Positions 51,962 to 64,000 of a stretch of 64,000 bases of DNA are shown here, one piece after another. The notes beneath the pieces were generated by a model. It was given only the letters and a program-made list of their open reading frames with translations, made no database searches and was not told where the DNA came from. Source of the stretch: Callorhinchus milii (taxonomy: Eukaryota). The DNA lies in NCBI RefSeq assembly GCF_018977255.1, contig NW_024704742.1, positions 138,882,001 to 138,946,000 on the forward strand, given 5' to 3'. Every line of letters begins with the position of its first letter. Position 1 is the stretch's first letter. The translations under genes were made by a program, and so were the position numbers.

Positions 51962-52848
51962 GCCTGATTGGCTCCCGTCAGCACCTATTCACCTCAGGCC
52001 CTGACAGCATCACCATCCCTGGGGCTCACTCCCCCTCACTGCGCCAGTCCCGAACCTTGGCGTCTTGTTTGACCCTCAACTATCCTTCCTACCCCACATT
52101 TGCGCCATGACCCACTCTGCCTCCCCCACCCCCGCAACATGGACCGACTCCCCCACTGTCTCACACCGCAGCCCCCGAGACCCTCACACACCCCTCCATT
52201 ACAGCCAGACTCCACTATGCAAACTCCCTCCTTGTCGGCCCCCAACTCCTCCCTCCTCAGACTGCAGATCATCCCGAACTAACTCTGCAGCCCATGTCCT
52301 CTCCCCCACCCCATCACCCCCATCCTCACCCCCACTAGGCTCCCCGACCCCATCACCCCCATCCTCACCCCCACCAGGCTCCCCGACCCCATCACCCCCA
52401 TCCTCACCCCACCAGGCTCCCCGACCCCATCACCCCCATCCTCACCCCCACCAGGCTCCCCGACCCCATCACTCCCATCCTCACCCCCACCAGGCTCCGT
52501 GGCCATATCTCCCCCATTCTCGTCCGACTCCACTGGCTTCCTATCACACAGAGGATAAAGTTCAAGATCCTGGTCCTCACCTTCAAAGCCCTTCATGGCC
52601 TCGCTCCCCCAACCTCTCGGATCTCCTAATCCCTTAACACCGTTCGCTCCTTCCACTCAGCGGGCTCCGGCCTGCTTCACGCCTTGAGACCCACCTCAAG
52701 ACCCTCCTCTTCAATGTTGCTTTCGATCTCCCAGCTTCCCCCCTGCTCTCACCCCTCCCACACCCTGACCGTAACTCTGTTTTTCCAGCACCTTGGGACG
52801 TCCTCCCGATGTGAAAGGCGCTATACAAATATAATTTTGTTGTTGTTG
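51962..52848 (+). mobile_element. L2 LINE 3' portion inserted into a minisatellite array
   Basis: Near-identical to 34175-35570 in reverse complement. Flanked by CCATAAAGCAATGCACCAATCCACTGCCCC units on both sides. Confidence 0.85.
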
Positions 52849-52849
52849 C

Positions 52850-53275
52850 CGCACCAATCCCTTGCCCCCCCAAAGAACAATGCAATAATCCATTGCCCCC
52901 ATAAAGCAATGCACCAATCCACTGCCCCTCCCACCATAAAGCAATGCACCAATCCACTGCCCCCCCCACCATAAAGCAATGCACCAATCCACTGCCCCCC
53001 CCACCATAAAGCAATGCACCAATCCACTGCCCCCCCCACCATAAAGCAATACATCAATCCACTGCCCCCCCCACCATAAAGCAATGCACCAATCCACTGC
53101 CCCCCCCCCCACCATAAAGCAATACATCAATCCACTGCCCCCCCACCATAAAGCAATACACCAATCCAGTGCCCCCCCACCATAAAGCAATACACCAATC
53201 CAGTGCCCCCCACCATAAAGCAATGCACCAATCCACTGCCCCCCCACCACCCACCCCATTAAGCAATGCACCATA
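52850..53275. repeat. About 35-bp minisatellite (older units also at 51820-51957)
   Basis: CCACCATAAAGCAATGCACCAATCCACTGCCCCCC units. Confidence 0.92.
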
Positions 53276-54889
53276 ACTGTAAGCAAAAGCATCTGGGACA
53301 TAAAATGCATTTTATCCAGGGAATCCTCTGTACATCACAGAGTTAGGAGTCTTCAGTTTGGACCCAATTCTCATTGTAGTGAAAGTCTGATGTCTGAGTG
53401 CTATACATGGGATTGATTCGCTGGAGAATCTTCAGGTAACAAGGCAGGTACATTTGCCAGCAGCCTTGTAGCCATGACACTGTGAGGACATGATTCAAGC
53501 ATCTGTCAAACAATTTGCACTTTAGAGCGTGCATGTTTTCACCACATCCCAATGCCATAATATTACATAGACTGTACAGCATTAAACCAGGCCATTCGGC
53601 CCCACTAATTCATGCTGGTGTTTATACTACACACGAGCCACATTCCATATCTTTATACCCTGCCTTCTTCCGCATGTTGAAAATTATCTTGGGAGAGGCA
53701 CCAGGATTAATTATTAAGTATGTATAGTAAATTGTAGAAAGAGAGTCTTTCTGAACCATTCTAAGCCAACCTGAGTAATTTCAGAAGCATCAGCTGTGCC
53801 CATTCACTGTTACAATGGTTGATCTACAGAAACTCTCTGTGGATTAACATTCATAATAATCCTTGTCTTTGATATCGTTCCTTATTACATCTTTGAGACA
53901 TCTCTAAGTGCTTCACAGAATTTTCTGTAAAGTGTAGTGACTGTGTATTTTATGGATGAAACCCAGTGGCTAATTGCGCGCAGCAATGTCCCACATACAG
54001 TCATGGATTGAGTTACCAAATTATTATGATTATTTTTGTTAAAGGATTATTACCCCTGGAAACGCAATACGCCGATCGACTAACAACCGGGTTCCTATTT
54101 TCTGCTGGGTAAACAGAGGTGTGTGGAGTAAGGAAATCTGCACAACGTTTCGCCCTGCCCGGGAATTGAACCAAGTCCTCTCACTTGCAAGGCGAGTGCA
54201 CTAACCAATAATTTCAGATCTATAGAAACTGTCTGAGGATTAACATGCAGAATGTTTTCAGTCTGTGCATTACAGTGGTGAAGGAATAGTAGAGAAACAA
54301 AGCTACTCAAATAGCTTAGCTTCTAGAATATCAACACTGAACCAAAATAAACATTAATTCAAAATATCCTTTGCTTTCCCTTACTGAGCTCTCTATTCTT
54401 CCCTACCTCCTATTTTTCATTTCAAATGCTTTATTCCTTTCCATCACTTATTCCACATTTCTGCAAACTATTTCAGTTTAAAATGGTGTTCTTACCTTTC
54501 TTGCTTCCAGTCCAGAAGTGTTTCCCTGACTGAATAATAATCTGACACATTGGATTTAGGGCCAATGAAAAGGGCAGAGACTAAAACATGACTTGGACAT
54601 TTCACGGGTGCAATCAATCAGATGAAATTCTGAGGCACACTACACATGATGTAAGTAACTGGAGTGGCAGCTGTGAACGAGCAAACTCAGGATGATACCA
54701 CCAAGATCCCATAGGGACAAATAAACATGTAGTACTAGGTGGGGAGGGGAAGCAGGTACAGGATTTTAACAAATAGCTTTTTACACAGAGTTATTATGGT
54801 CTGGAATGCAAGGTCTAAAAGGATGGGGGGAACATTCAATAATCGCTCTCAAAAGGGAATCAGCTAGGTACTTAAAAAGAAAATATTTG

Positions 54890-55380
54890 CAGGGCTATGG
54901 GGTAAGAGCGGGGCCAGTTGGGGGTAAGAGCGGGGCCAGTTGGGGATAAGAGCGGGGCCAGTTGGGGATAAGAGCGGGGCCAGTTGGGGATAAGAGCAGG
55001 GCCAGTTAGGGTAAGAGCGGGGGAGTGGGGACTAGTTGGGGTAAGAGCGGGGGAGTGGGGACTAGTTGGGGTAAGAGCGGGGGAGTGGGGACTAGTTGGG
55101 GTAAGAGCGGGGGAGTGGGACTAGTTGGGGTAAGAGCGGGGGAATGGGTCAGTTGGGGTAAGAGCGGGGGAATGGGGCCAGTTGGGGTAAGAGCGGGGAA
55201 TGGGGCCAGTTGGGGTAAGAGCGGGGGAATGGGGCCAGTTGGGGTAAGAGCGGGGGAATAGGGCCAGTTGGGGCAAGAGCGGGGGAATAGGGCCAGTTGG
55301 GGTAAGAGCGGGGGAATAGGGCCAGTTGGGGTAAGAGCGGGGGAATAGGGCCAGTTGGGGTAAGAGCGGGGGAGTGGGGC
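54890..55380. repeat. G-rich minisatellite within a CR1 3' end
   Basis: GGGGTAAGAGCGGGGGAGTGGGGACTAGTT-type units. The same CR1 tail resumes at about 58740-58910 after the L2 insertion. Confidence 0.9.
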
Positions 55381-55382
55381 TA

Positions 55383-58300
55383 CAACAAAATTACATTTAT
55401 AGAGCGCCTTTCACGTCGCGAAGACGTCCCAAGGCGCTGGACAGTCAGGTGTCAGAACCCGAGCATGGGGGAGGGGTGGAGTAGAAGGGAGGGGTGGGGG
55501 AGGACAGAGAGGTGGGAGGGTGCCTGAAAGCACGATCAAAGAGGAGGGTCTTGAGACCGGCCTGGAAGGAGGCAAGGGAGGAAGTGAGGCGAAGGGACCG
55601 TGGGATGGAGTTCCAGAGTGTGGGGGCAGAGAGGCTGAAAGCCCGGCCACCGATGGTAGGGCAGGTTGGGCAGGAGACATGGAGCAGCCGGAGCCCACTG
55701 AACGGAGGGAGTGGGCAGGTTGGCAGGGAGTCAGCAGGTCAGAGAGGTAGGAGGGGGCGAGGCCAGGGATGGACTTAAAGGGGAGGACGAGGATCTTGAA
55801 CTCGTTCCTCTGGGGGATGGGGAGTCAGTGGAGTTGGGCGGGGGCGATGGGGTCGGGCGGGGGCGATGGGGTCGGGCGGGGGCGATGGGGTCGAGCGAGG
55901 GTGGGAGTGATGGGGTCTGGCGAGAGTGGGGGTAATGGGGTCGAGCGAGGGTGGGGGTGATGGGAAGCCGATGAGAAGGGAGTTCCTGTAATCGAGCCTT
56001 GAGGTGACGAATGCGAGGGTGAGGGTTTGGGGGCCTGAGGGGTGAGGCAGTGGCGGAGTCTGGCAGCGTTGCGGAGGTGGTGGTGGGCAGTGCTGGTCAT
56101 GGCGCGGATGTGGGGGAGAAAGGACAGTTCAGGGTCAAACAAGACCCCCAGGTTCCTGACTGGCTTAGTGAGGTTGAGTGTGCAGCCATGGAGGCTGATG
56201 CTGCCAGAGCCCGAGGTGAGGAGGCGTTGGCGCGAGCCAATCAGGAGGGCCTCGGTCTTGCTGACGTTGAGTTGGAGAAAGTTGTCTCTCGTCCAGGACT
56301 TGATGTGGGACAGGCAGTCGGTCAGGACGCCAGTGGTCCTGGAGTTCAGTGGGGAGGCAGAGAGGTAGAGTTGGGTGTCATCTACATAGTGTGGAAATTT
56401 ATCCCATGTCTGCGGACGATGTCACCAGGGGGGAGCATGTAGAGGGGGGGGGGGGACCGAGGACAGAGCCCTGAGGAACACTGCACAAGACAGTGCGGGG
56501 GCTGGAGGAGAAGCCGTTTTCTGTGACGAAATGGAGGCGGTGTGAAAAGTAGGACCTGAACCAGTCAAGGACAGAACCTTGAAGGCTGCGGTGGAAGGAG
56601 AGGCGGTGGAGGAGGATTGAGTGGTCCAGGGTGTCAAAGGCGGCGGAGAGGTCAAGGAGGACGAGGAGGCAGAGGGAGCCCTGGTCACACATGGTCAGGA
56701 TGTCATTTGCAATCTTGACCAGAGCAGTGTCCATGCTGTGGGCAGCACAGAAACCCGATTGGAGGGGTTCATGGAGGGAGTGGGAGGAGAGGAAAGAGCA
56801 AAACTAGGAGGCAACGGCTCTCTCGAGGACATTAGACAGAAAAAGGAGGTGGAAGATGGGCTGGTAGCTGGATAGTTGTGATGGGTCAAGGGAAGATTTC
56901 TTCAAGGTGGGGGTGATAGTGGCTGTTTGAGGGGGTAGGAACAGTGCCAGATGACAGGGAGATGTTGATGATGTCGGCGAGTAGTGGGGCAAGGAGGTGG
57001 AGCTGGGATTTAAGGAGAGGGGTGGGGATGGGGTCCAGGGAGCAGGAGGTGAGCTTCATGGAGGATATGGTGGCGATAGGTTCAAGGTGTGGAAGGAGGG
57101 ATGGGTAGTGGTCTGAGAGTGTGATGGGGGTTAGGGAGAGGGTCGAAGTTGGGAGGGCAGTGGCTGCTGAGCGGATTCCCTCGATTTTGGACTCAAGGAG
57201 GTCCAGCATTTCCTTGCAGTGGGAGTCGGAGGAAAGAATCTGCGAGGCTCGTCGGGGAGGGCAGAGGAGCCGGTTGGTGGTTGGTGGTGGAGAACAGGAG
57301 CCTGGGGTTGCCCTTCACCTCCAGGATTAACCTGGAATAGAAGGACGATTTGGCTGAGGCGAGAGAGGAAAGGTAGGTCTTGATGAGGTCCAGCCAGATG
57401 TGCCGGTGAACCGTTCGGCCGGATTTGAGCCAAGTGGGTTCGGCAGCCGCACCTGGCCCTTGAGCGAGGAAAGGTGGCTGGTGAACCAAGGTGAGGATCA
57501 GGAATAGGAGGCAGTTTGGGAGGTGAGGGTGGGCAAGGACGTCAAGTGTGGTGGAGAGGGTACTGTGGAGGAGTGTAAACGCAGAGGATGGGTTGGTGCG
57601 GGAGGTGGACCAGAGGGGGAGGAGTTCAGTGGACTCCAGGGCAGCGGAGAGGGACTGCGGGGAGATCTTCTTCCACGGCCGGTAGGAGATGGTGGTAGGT
57701 TTGGAGGCAGTGGGGAGACGGATATGGGAGTTGAGGGAAATGAAATGGTGGTCAGAGATGGCCTTGTCAGTGATGGTGACATCCGAGACACTGAGGCCCC
57801 AGGTCGAGCGGGTGACCGTGGGTGTGGGTGGCAGAGTAGATGTGGAGGGAGAGGTTGAGAGAGGAGAGGAGAAGTCTGAGGAGATGGAGCAGGAGGGGGT
57901 GAAGTGGAGGTTGAAGTGGCCTAGGATGATGAGGCGGATTGAGCAGAGGCAGAGGGAGGCTAGAACGGTGGCGATGTCAGTGATGAAGGAGGATTTTGGA
58001 GGGTGGTAAATTAGGAGAATTTTTAGAAAGAGGTGGGAGGGACGGCAGAGAGTAAGGTGTTCGAAAGAGGGGAATAAACCGGTGGGATTGGGGGATAGGG
58101 CAAGTGATGCCCTGGAGATGAGGGCCATACCACCGCCACGGCAGTTGAGGTGTGGGGCATGGTGGTAGGTGTAGCCGGTTGGTGTGGCCTCAGTGAGGGG
58201 GAAGGTGTCACCTGGGTTGATCCAGGTTTCCGGAGGATGAGAATATTGACGGCCAGGGTCTTGTTGCAGATGGAGCAGACATTTTGAAGGCCAATGCGGA

Positions 58301-58735
58301 GTGGACAGTTGGCAGGGGGATGTGTGGGATGGGAGGGGGTGGTGGATTAGTTGGCAGGGAGGGTGGGGATGTGGATGAGGGAGGAGAGGTTAGCCCCCGG
58401 GGTCAGGGTCCGTGGTGGCTTGCGGCGGTTATGGGGAAGTCGGTGTGGCTGCTGCTGGACAGCCAGCGCTGAGTGCTGCGATGAGCCTGGGGAGGATTCC
58501 CGGCTGGAGCAGAGGGAGGCAGTGGGGGTGTCAAGCAGACACAGGAGGTGGGGAGAGCGGAAAGAGAGCAGGACAGAGAGGGAGAGTTGCAGGGAGGGGG
58601 GCATTTTGAGGGAGGGCCAGCTCGGGGGCGGCGGCCAAGATGCGCACGCTGGGACAAGAGGTGGTGGGTTAGTGGGACATGTCGGCCGGCAGGAAGCTGT
58701 GGGGACTAGAGGTGGCGCAGAGGGGGGAGTTTAGC
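55383..58735 (-). mobile_element. Near-full-length L2 LINE (endonuclease and RT, frameshifted)
   Basis: EN (LLIYHPPK, LIILGHFNLH, ISDHHFISL), RT (DTALVKIANDIL...LVLLDLSAAFDTLDH...VPQGSVLGP), 3' tail at 55383. Confidence 0.9.
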
Positions 58736-59298
58736 AATGAGCAGTGTGTAGGGGTAAGAGTGGGGAATGGGACTAATTGGGGTAAAAGCGGGGTAGTGGT
58801 ACTAATTGGGGTAAGAACGGGGGAGTGGGATTAGTTGGTAGCTCTTCCAAAGAGCCGGTACAGCCACAATGGGCTGAATGGCCCCCTTCTGTGCTGTAAG
58901 ATTCTATGATCTGACAACAATCAGGAGATGGCAAATGAACGAGGTATCACTGCATGATGGAAATGTGCATCCCACAGGACACATCTCCTGGAGCAGCTCC
59001 ATTTATCCCAATGGAAACCATGCATCAGACTGGCCTGGAGACTGGCTGAGAGCACAAGCCAGGACTCACTTCCCATTCATCTACCAGCACAAATGTCATG
59101 CTCAGTACTCTACATGCGCTCGAACAACAGAATATTAAACAACTCAGATAGACTGGACTAATCCAAACACAATGCTGAGGATGCATTATAAAGGTCAGGG
59201 ATGTCCTTGGAGGTCAGGAACACAAGCCTCATTCAGATCCCAGCTTTATATACATTTTTCAGATTGCATTCAGGAAGGGCTCAGTCATTAGCATTTAC

Positions 59299-59392
59299 CT
59301 TTAGGAGTTCCGTCACTGCTAGCAGGAGAACACACCGCTTGTGGGGATCTTAAGGGGAAGGAAGCAGTGTTTCTCAATGAGGAATCGCCATC
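59299..59392 (-). CDS. NIPBL: NIPBL coding exon (exon 8 equivalent), 94 nt
   Basis: Not in the ORF track. Manual translation gives DGDSSLRNTASFPLRSPQAVCSPASSDGTPK. Acceptor tgttgtag, donor G|gtaaat, phase 0-1. Confidence 0.93.
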
Positions 59393-61543
59393 CTACAACA
59401 CAAACATTGGTAGAGACTTCAAATAAACACATTAACCAAGCATTCAAAATGCAGCATCACTGATCAACGGCTCTCAGATCAGCTGTTTTATAATAATCCT
59501 TGCATTTGATACAGCGCCTTATCATGTCTTCGAGATGTCTCAAAGAGGATCACAGAATATACTGTAAAGTGAATTAACTGTATATTTTTGGACGAAACGC
59601 GGCAGCCAATTGCGCACAGCAGTGTCCCACAAACAGACGTAGAATAAGTGACCAAATTTTTTTTTAAGGGATTATTACTCCCAGAAAAGCAATCCGCCAA
59701 ATCGACTAACAACCAGGTTCCTACTTCCTGCTAGGTAAACAGAGGCGTGTGGAGTAAGGAAACTTGCCCAATGTTTCGCCCTGCCAGGAATCAAAGCTAG
59801 GTCCTGTCGCTTGCAAGACTAGTGCTCTAACTACTAAGTTACTGACCAAAAAATACTAGGAAACCTCTCTGCTCTCCAGCAATGAGTCCAGGGACACAGA
59901 AACACTTTTAAACATACGAGTACACCACCTAGTCAGCCATGATAATCAAATTCTTGCATCTGATATAGCGTCTTTCATGTCGGGAACACATCTCAAAGCG
60001 CTTCACAGAATTTTACAGTAAAGTAAAAATTTTACTGCGACTGTATTTTGAAATCAAACCATCTAACACACAGGGATACTGGGCAGGCAAACAAAGACCC
60101 GTGTGGAAAACTTGAATAGAAAAGGGAGGCACAGGGCTTACAGTCATTGCTGCAGTATCCTCTTGTATAAAGCCAGAAATCATCACGTTTTTAGTTCATT
60201 TGCAACTCTCGCTCTTCCAATTTCCCAGTGTGCAAATGTCTCCATTCTGCATCCTTGAGGAAACTGGATACCTAGCTTTGTGATCTTCACTGTACTTGAT
60301 CTTGTAACACACAGATGACAAGAGTAGTCCCCAGCACCTCAACCTGTGCTCATTTGCTCGGATGGGGACCAAAACTCAAATCCATGGGCTAGAACATAAC
60401 ACAACATGGACTGGGAAAGAGAGTGGCTCATCCTGAACCGGGTGGGGTACAGTCTAGCTGAGCCGGAGTGAAGTTTGGCCTTGAATCCGAGAAGTGTATT
60501 TTCAAGTCCACGTTTCATTGGATAAAGAAGATCAACAACAACAACAACAAATGACATTTACACAGCGCCTATCACATCAGGACAATGTCCCAAGTTACTG
60601 GACTGTCAGGGATTTGGACCTAAGCTGGGGGTTGGGATGAGGAGGGGTGGAGGGCGAGTTGAAGAGGAGGATCTTGAGTCATGCCTTCAAGAAGGCAAAC
60701 GGAGGCATCGAGGTGAAGGGACTGTGGGATGGAGTTCCAAAGGGTGGAGGCAAAGAGGGTGAAGGCCCGACCACCAATGGTGATCATTGATCGTCCAGGC
60801 ATTAATGATCTCACAGCCGAGTTTGAAGAACTACAAATGGTAATATTTACTATACAGATTTACTACTTAAGCGCTCCAAGACACTAAACCATTTGAAGGG
60901 AGCTATACAAATGCAAGCTGTTGTTGTTACAGAATCAATAAGCAAACTTTAACATTTGAAATAGCACCTTTCTTATCAGGAGGCCATCTCAAAGCTCTTC
61001 ACAGCATAGACTATAGAGATTATGTATTTTGTAGGAGAACTGGCAATTCATTTGCGCACAGCAGTGTCCCACAAACAGCCATGAGGTGAGTGACCCACTT
61101 TATTTGGGGGGAATTGTTGGCCAGTACACCAGCAATACTCCTTTCTCTTCTCAAATTGCGCCACGGGATCTTTAATGTCCATCTGAATAGGCAGACTGAC
61201 ATGCAGACTAATGCCATTGAAGGATGGAACCTCCAACAAAGTGTCATCCTGGACCAAGATGGCTTCTGAGAGCCAGATGTCGGATTTGAGAAACGTCAGC
61301 GGGCCACATAAGCAATATTTTTGTATTTCCCTTCCAGAAACATAATCCGTGAGAATATACTGTAAAGTGAATTGGCTGTATATTCTGTGGGCGAAACATG
61401 GCAGCCAATTGTGCACAGCAGCGTCCCACAAACAGTCGTGGATTGAGTGGCCAAATTATTTGTTTTATAGATAATATTATTCCGAGGTACTAAATCTCGC
61501 CTCGGAAAAACATCAGGGAACTCGGTCAAAACTGCCAAATTAT

Positions 61544-62651
61544 GAAATAAAAACAGAAGTCGCTGGGAACACTCAGCAGGTCAGGCAGCATCTATGGAGA
61601 AAGGAAAGTAAGTCAACGTTTCGGGTCCATGACCCTTCGTCAGAACTAGGGTATTTTCGGAGGGAGAGGTTTTTAAGGGCCAAACAGAGGGTGGAAGCAG
61701 GGCAAGGAAGACAAAGGAGAATATGGGGTAAACAACAACAAAATTACATTTGTATAGCGCCTTTCACTTCGGGAGAACGTCCCAAGGCGCTGGACAGACA
61801 GAGTTACGGACCCGAGCTGAGGGTCAGGTTGGGGGAGGGCAGTGGGGGAAGCATGGTAAAGGACAGGGGATGATGGGTTAAAGAGGTGTTAATAATGCAA
61901 AACACGGGGAGGGGAGGGGGAATTGCAACTGAACAGGCCGACCAGAGAGAGAAAAGGTGTGTCTGGGACCAAGATGATGTGGCAATGGTCGCAGAAGAGG
62001 GGGAGGGGGAAGGTGAGCTGTTATTGTACAATATTGAGGCCAGAGGCTGTAAGGTCCCAAGCAGAGAAATTAGGTGGTGTTCCTCGAGCTTGCACCGTGG
62101 TTCATTGGAACAGCGACCATGGATGGCGAGGTCAGAGTGCGAGTGGAAGAGAGAGTTGAAGTGGCAAGAAACCGGAAGCTCAGGGTTGTGCTTTCGGACA
62201 GAAAGGAGGTGTCGGCAAATCAGTCGCCCAATCTCCGTTTTGTCTCCCCAATGTAGGGGGGGAACCACATCATGAGCAATGAATGCAGTAAACTACATTG
62301 GTGGCAGTACATGTAAATCGCTGTCTCACTTGAAATCTGTGTTTGGGGCTCTGGACAGTTGTATGGGAGGAGGTGAAAGGGCAGGTATTGCATCTGCTGC
62401 GCTACATGGGAAGGTGCCGGGATGGGGGTGTGTGTGTGGAGGGGAGGAGCGCACCTGTTGGTGATGGAAGAATGAACCAGGAAGTCATGGAGGGAACGGC
62501 CCGTTCAGAATGCTGAGAGGGGAGGGGAGGGAAAGGTATACTTGGTGGTTGGATCACGCTGGAGGTGGCAGAAATGGCAGAGAGTTATTTGTTGGAATCA
62601 TTATTAAATTATTATTGGGATTATTTTTGGGATTATTATTAATTGTTGGTG
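61544..62651 (-). mobile_element. Penelope-like element fragment (GIY-YIG endonuclease and terminal repeat), with an L2 tail nested at about 61731-61860
   Basis: HLLSVRKHNPELPVSCHFNS...CSNEPRCKLEEHHLISLLGTLQP is the C-terminal GIY-YIG region of Penelope-like elements. Flanked by the 11-bp direct repeat TGCCAAATTAT (61533-61543 and 62652-62662). Confidence 0.85.
61611..61647 (-). ncRNA. Minimal type I hammerhead ribozyme (Penelope-associated), sense to NIPBL
   Basis: Minus strand AGTT-CTGACGA-A-GGGTC atg GACCC-GAAA-CG-TT-GACT. Confidence 0.8.
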
Positions 62652-63101
62652 TGCCAAATTATAATTTTTTTGAAGGGATTATTACCCCTAGCAAAGCGAT
62701 CAACCAGTCGATTAACAACTGGGTTCCTACATACTGCTAGGTAAACAGAGGTATGTGGAGTAAGAAAACTTGCCCGATGTTTCACTCTGTCTGGGAATTT
62801 AACCCAGGTCCTCTCGCTTGCGAGGCGAGTACTCTAACCACTGAGCTATAGGACTCCACAAGTAAGGTGCCATTAGAAAAATAAAACAAGGCCATGACAG
62901 ACCCACTAAATTTGTGCAAACTTATAATAAGCTTTGCATTTGAAACAGCCCCTTATCACGTCATTGAGACGTCTGAAAGCACTTCACAGAATATACTGTT
63001 AAGTGGATTGACTGTATTTTGTTGGCAAAACTTAATTACAAAACCATCTGCTTTTTAGATGTCATTGCACAAAGAACTCAACGAATACAGAAAGTTCCCA
63101 C

Positions 63102-63262
63102 CTCAGAGCCAAGTCTATGAACCATGTGCATGTAGTCCTCGGTCGATCCGTGCCTAGAATTATCTGTATGGTGATTGGATGAAGAACTGGACATCTGGCT
63201 GGCCACTTTACTGTCGTGGATGTTCCTCATGCCACTGGGAATCAGGGGACTGGACACAGAGG
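63102..63262 (-). CDS. NIPBL: NIPBL coding exon (human exon 7 equivalent), 161 nt
   Basis: Encodes (A)SVSSPLIPSGMRNIHDSKVASQMSSSSSNHHTDNSRHGSTEDYMHMVHRLGSE, matching the vertebrate NIPBL N-terminal region. Acceptor ttttcag, donor GAG|gtggga, phase 1-0. Confidence 0.93.
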
Positions 63263-63275
63263 CTGAAAAGCACAG

Positions 63276-63646
63276 TAATAATAATCCTTGCATTTAATAT
63301 AGCGCCTTATCACATCTTCGAGACGTCTTAAAGCGCCTCACAGAATATACTGTAAAGTGAATTGATTGTGTATTTTATGGGGGAAGTGTGGAAGCCAATT
63401 GCACACAGCAGTGAGTGTCCACAAACAGTCGGGGATTGAGTGACCAAATATTTGTAAAACTTTTTTTTTATTTAATTACCCTTGAAAAGTGATCTCAATC
63501 GATCAACAACCGGGTTCCTACTTACTGCTAGGTAAACAGGCGTGTGGAGTAAGGAAACTTGCCCAATGTTTCACCCTGCCCGGGAATCAAACCCAGGTCC
63601 TCTTGCTTCCGAGGAGAGAGCTCTTTCCACTAAGTTACAGGGCTCC
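63276..63646 (-). mobile_element. tRNA-Ala SINE whose tail abuts the exon 7 acceptor
   Basis: Full SINE body. The (TTA)n tail ends about 11 nt before the acceptor AG. Confidence 0.88.
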
Positions 63647-64000
63647 ACAAAGCTTTGCTATTAATGATATTTTCACTTATATAAATGAATCACTTCATGT
63701 AGATACTCATGAGTATTCAGAAATTCTAAGGGGACAACAGAAGCCAGAGAATTGTTATGTTCTGGAACACATTTCCTGAAAGGATGGTGCAAGCAGATTC
63801 GATAGTAGGTTTCAAAAGGTACTCAAAAAGGCAAAACTTGCAGGGCTACGGGGTAAGAGCACGGTAGCGGAACTAGTTGGCAGCTCTTTCAGAAAGCCGG
63901 GACAGGCATGACAAGCCGAATGACCTCCTCTGTGCTGTATGATTCTATGATACTGTGATCTGATGTCTTTCTGCAGGATGGCATCACACCCACCCCAACA

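Noticed and set aside
52634..53310. Gly/Trp-rich ORFs
   Set aside because: Translation of the 35-bp minisatellite.
55383..58735. Potentially active autonomous L2
   Set aside because: Multiple frameshifts split the EN/RT reading frame.

Overview
Vertebrate genomic DNA, most likely from a cartilaginous fish (shark or chimaera; inferred from the repeat families, not proven). The window lies wholly inside the cohesin-loader gene NIPBL (Scc2/delangin), transcribed on the minus strand. I resolved 12 consecutive coding exons, equivalent to human exons 7-18, from 63262 down to 3058. All have canonical AG/GT borders and compatible phases, and they splice into one open frame of 3344 nt (about 1114 codons). 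The introns are dense with retroelements: about 30 copies or fragments of a tRNA-Ala-derived SINE with an L2-type tail, many L2 and CR1 LINE copies (often nested), Penelope-like elements with minimal hammerhead ribozymes, a decayed LINE of another clade, and several G-rich minisatellites seeded from LINE sequence. The most unusual observations are: (1) a tandem copy of the exon-12 3' end and its donor whose differences are all synonymous; (2) an intact hammerhead ribozyme in the sense of the pre-mRNA; (3) a twice-occurring unannotated intronic hairpin element; (4) SINE tails abutting splice acceptors; (5) several near-identical inverted LINE pairs bracketing exons. Exon numbers and human comparisons are from memory of human NIPBL. 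Repeat boundaries are approximate (by eye).
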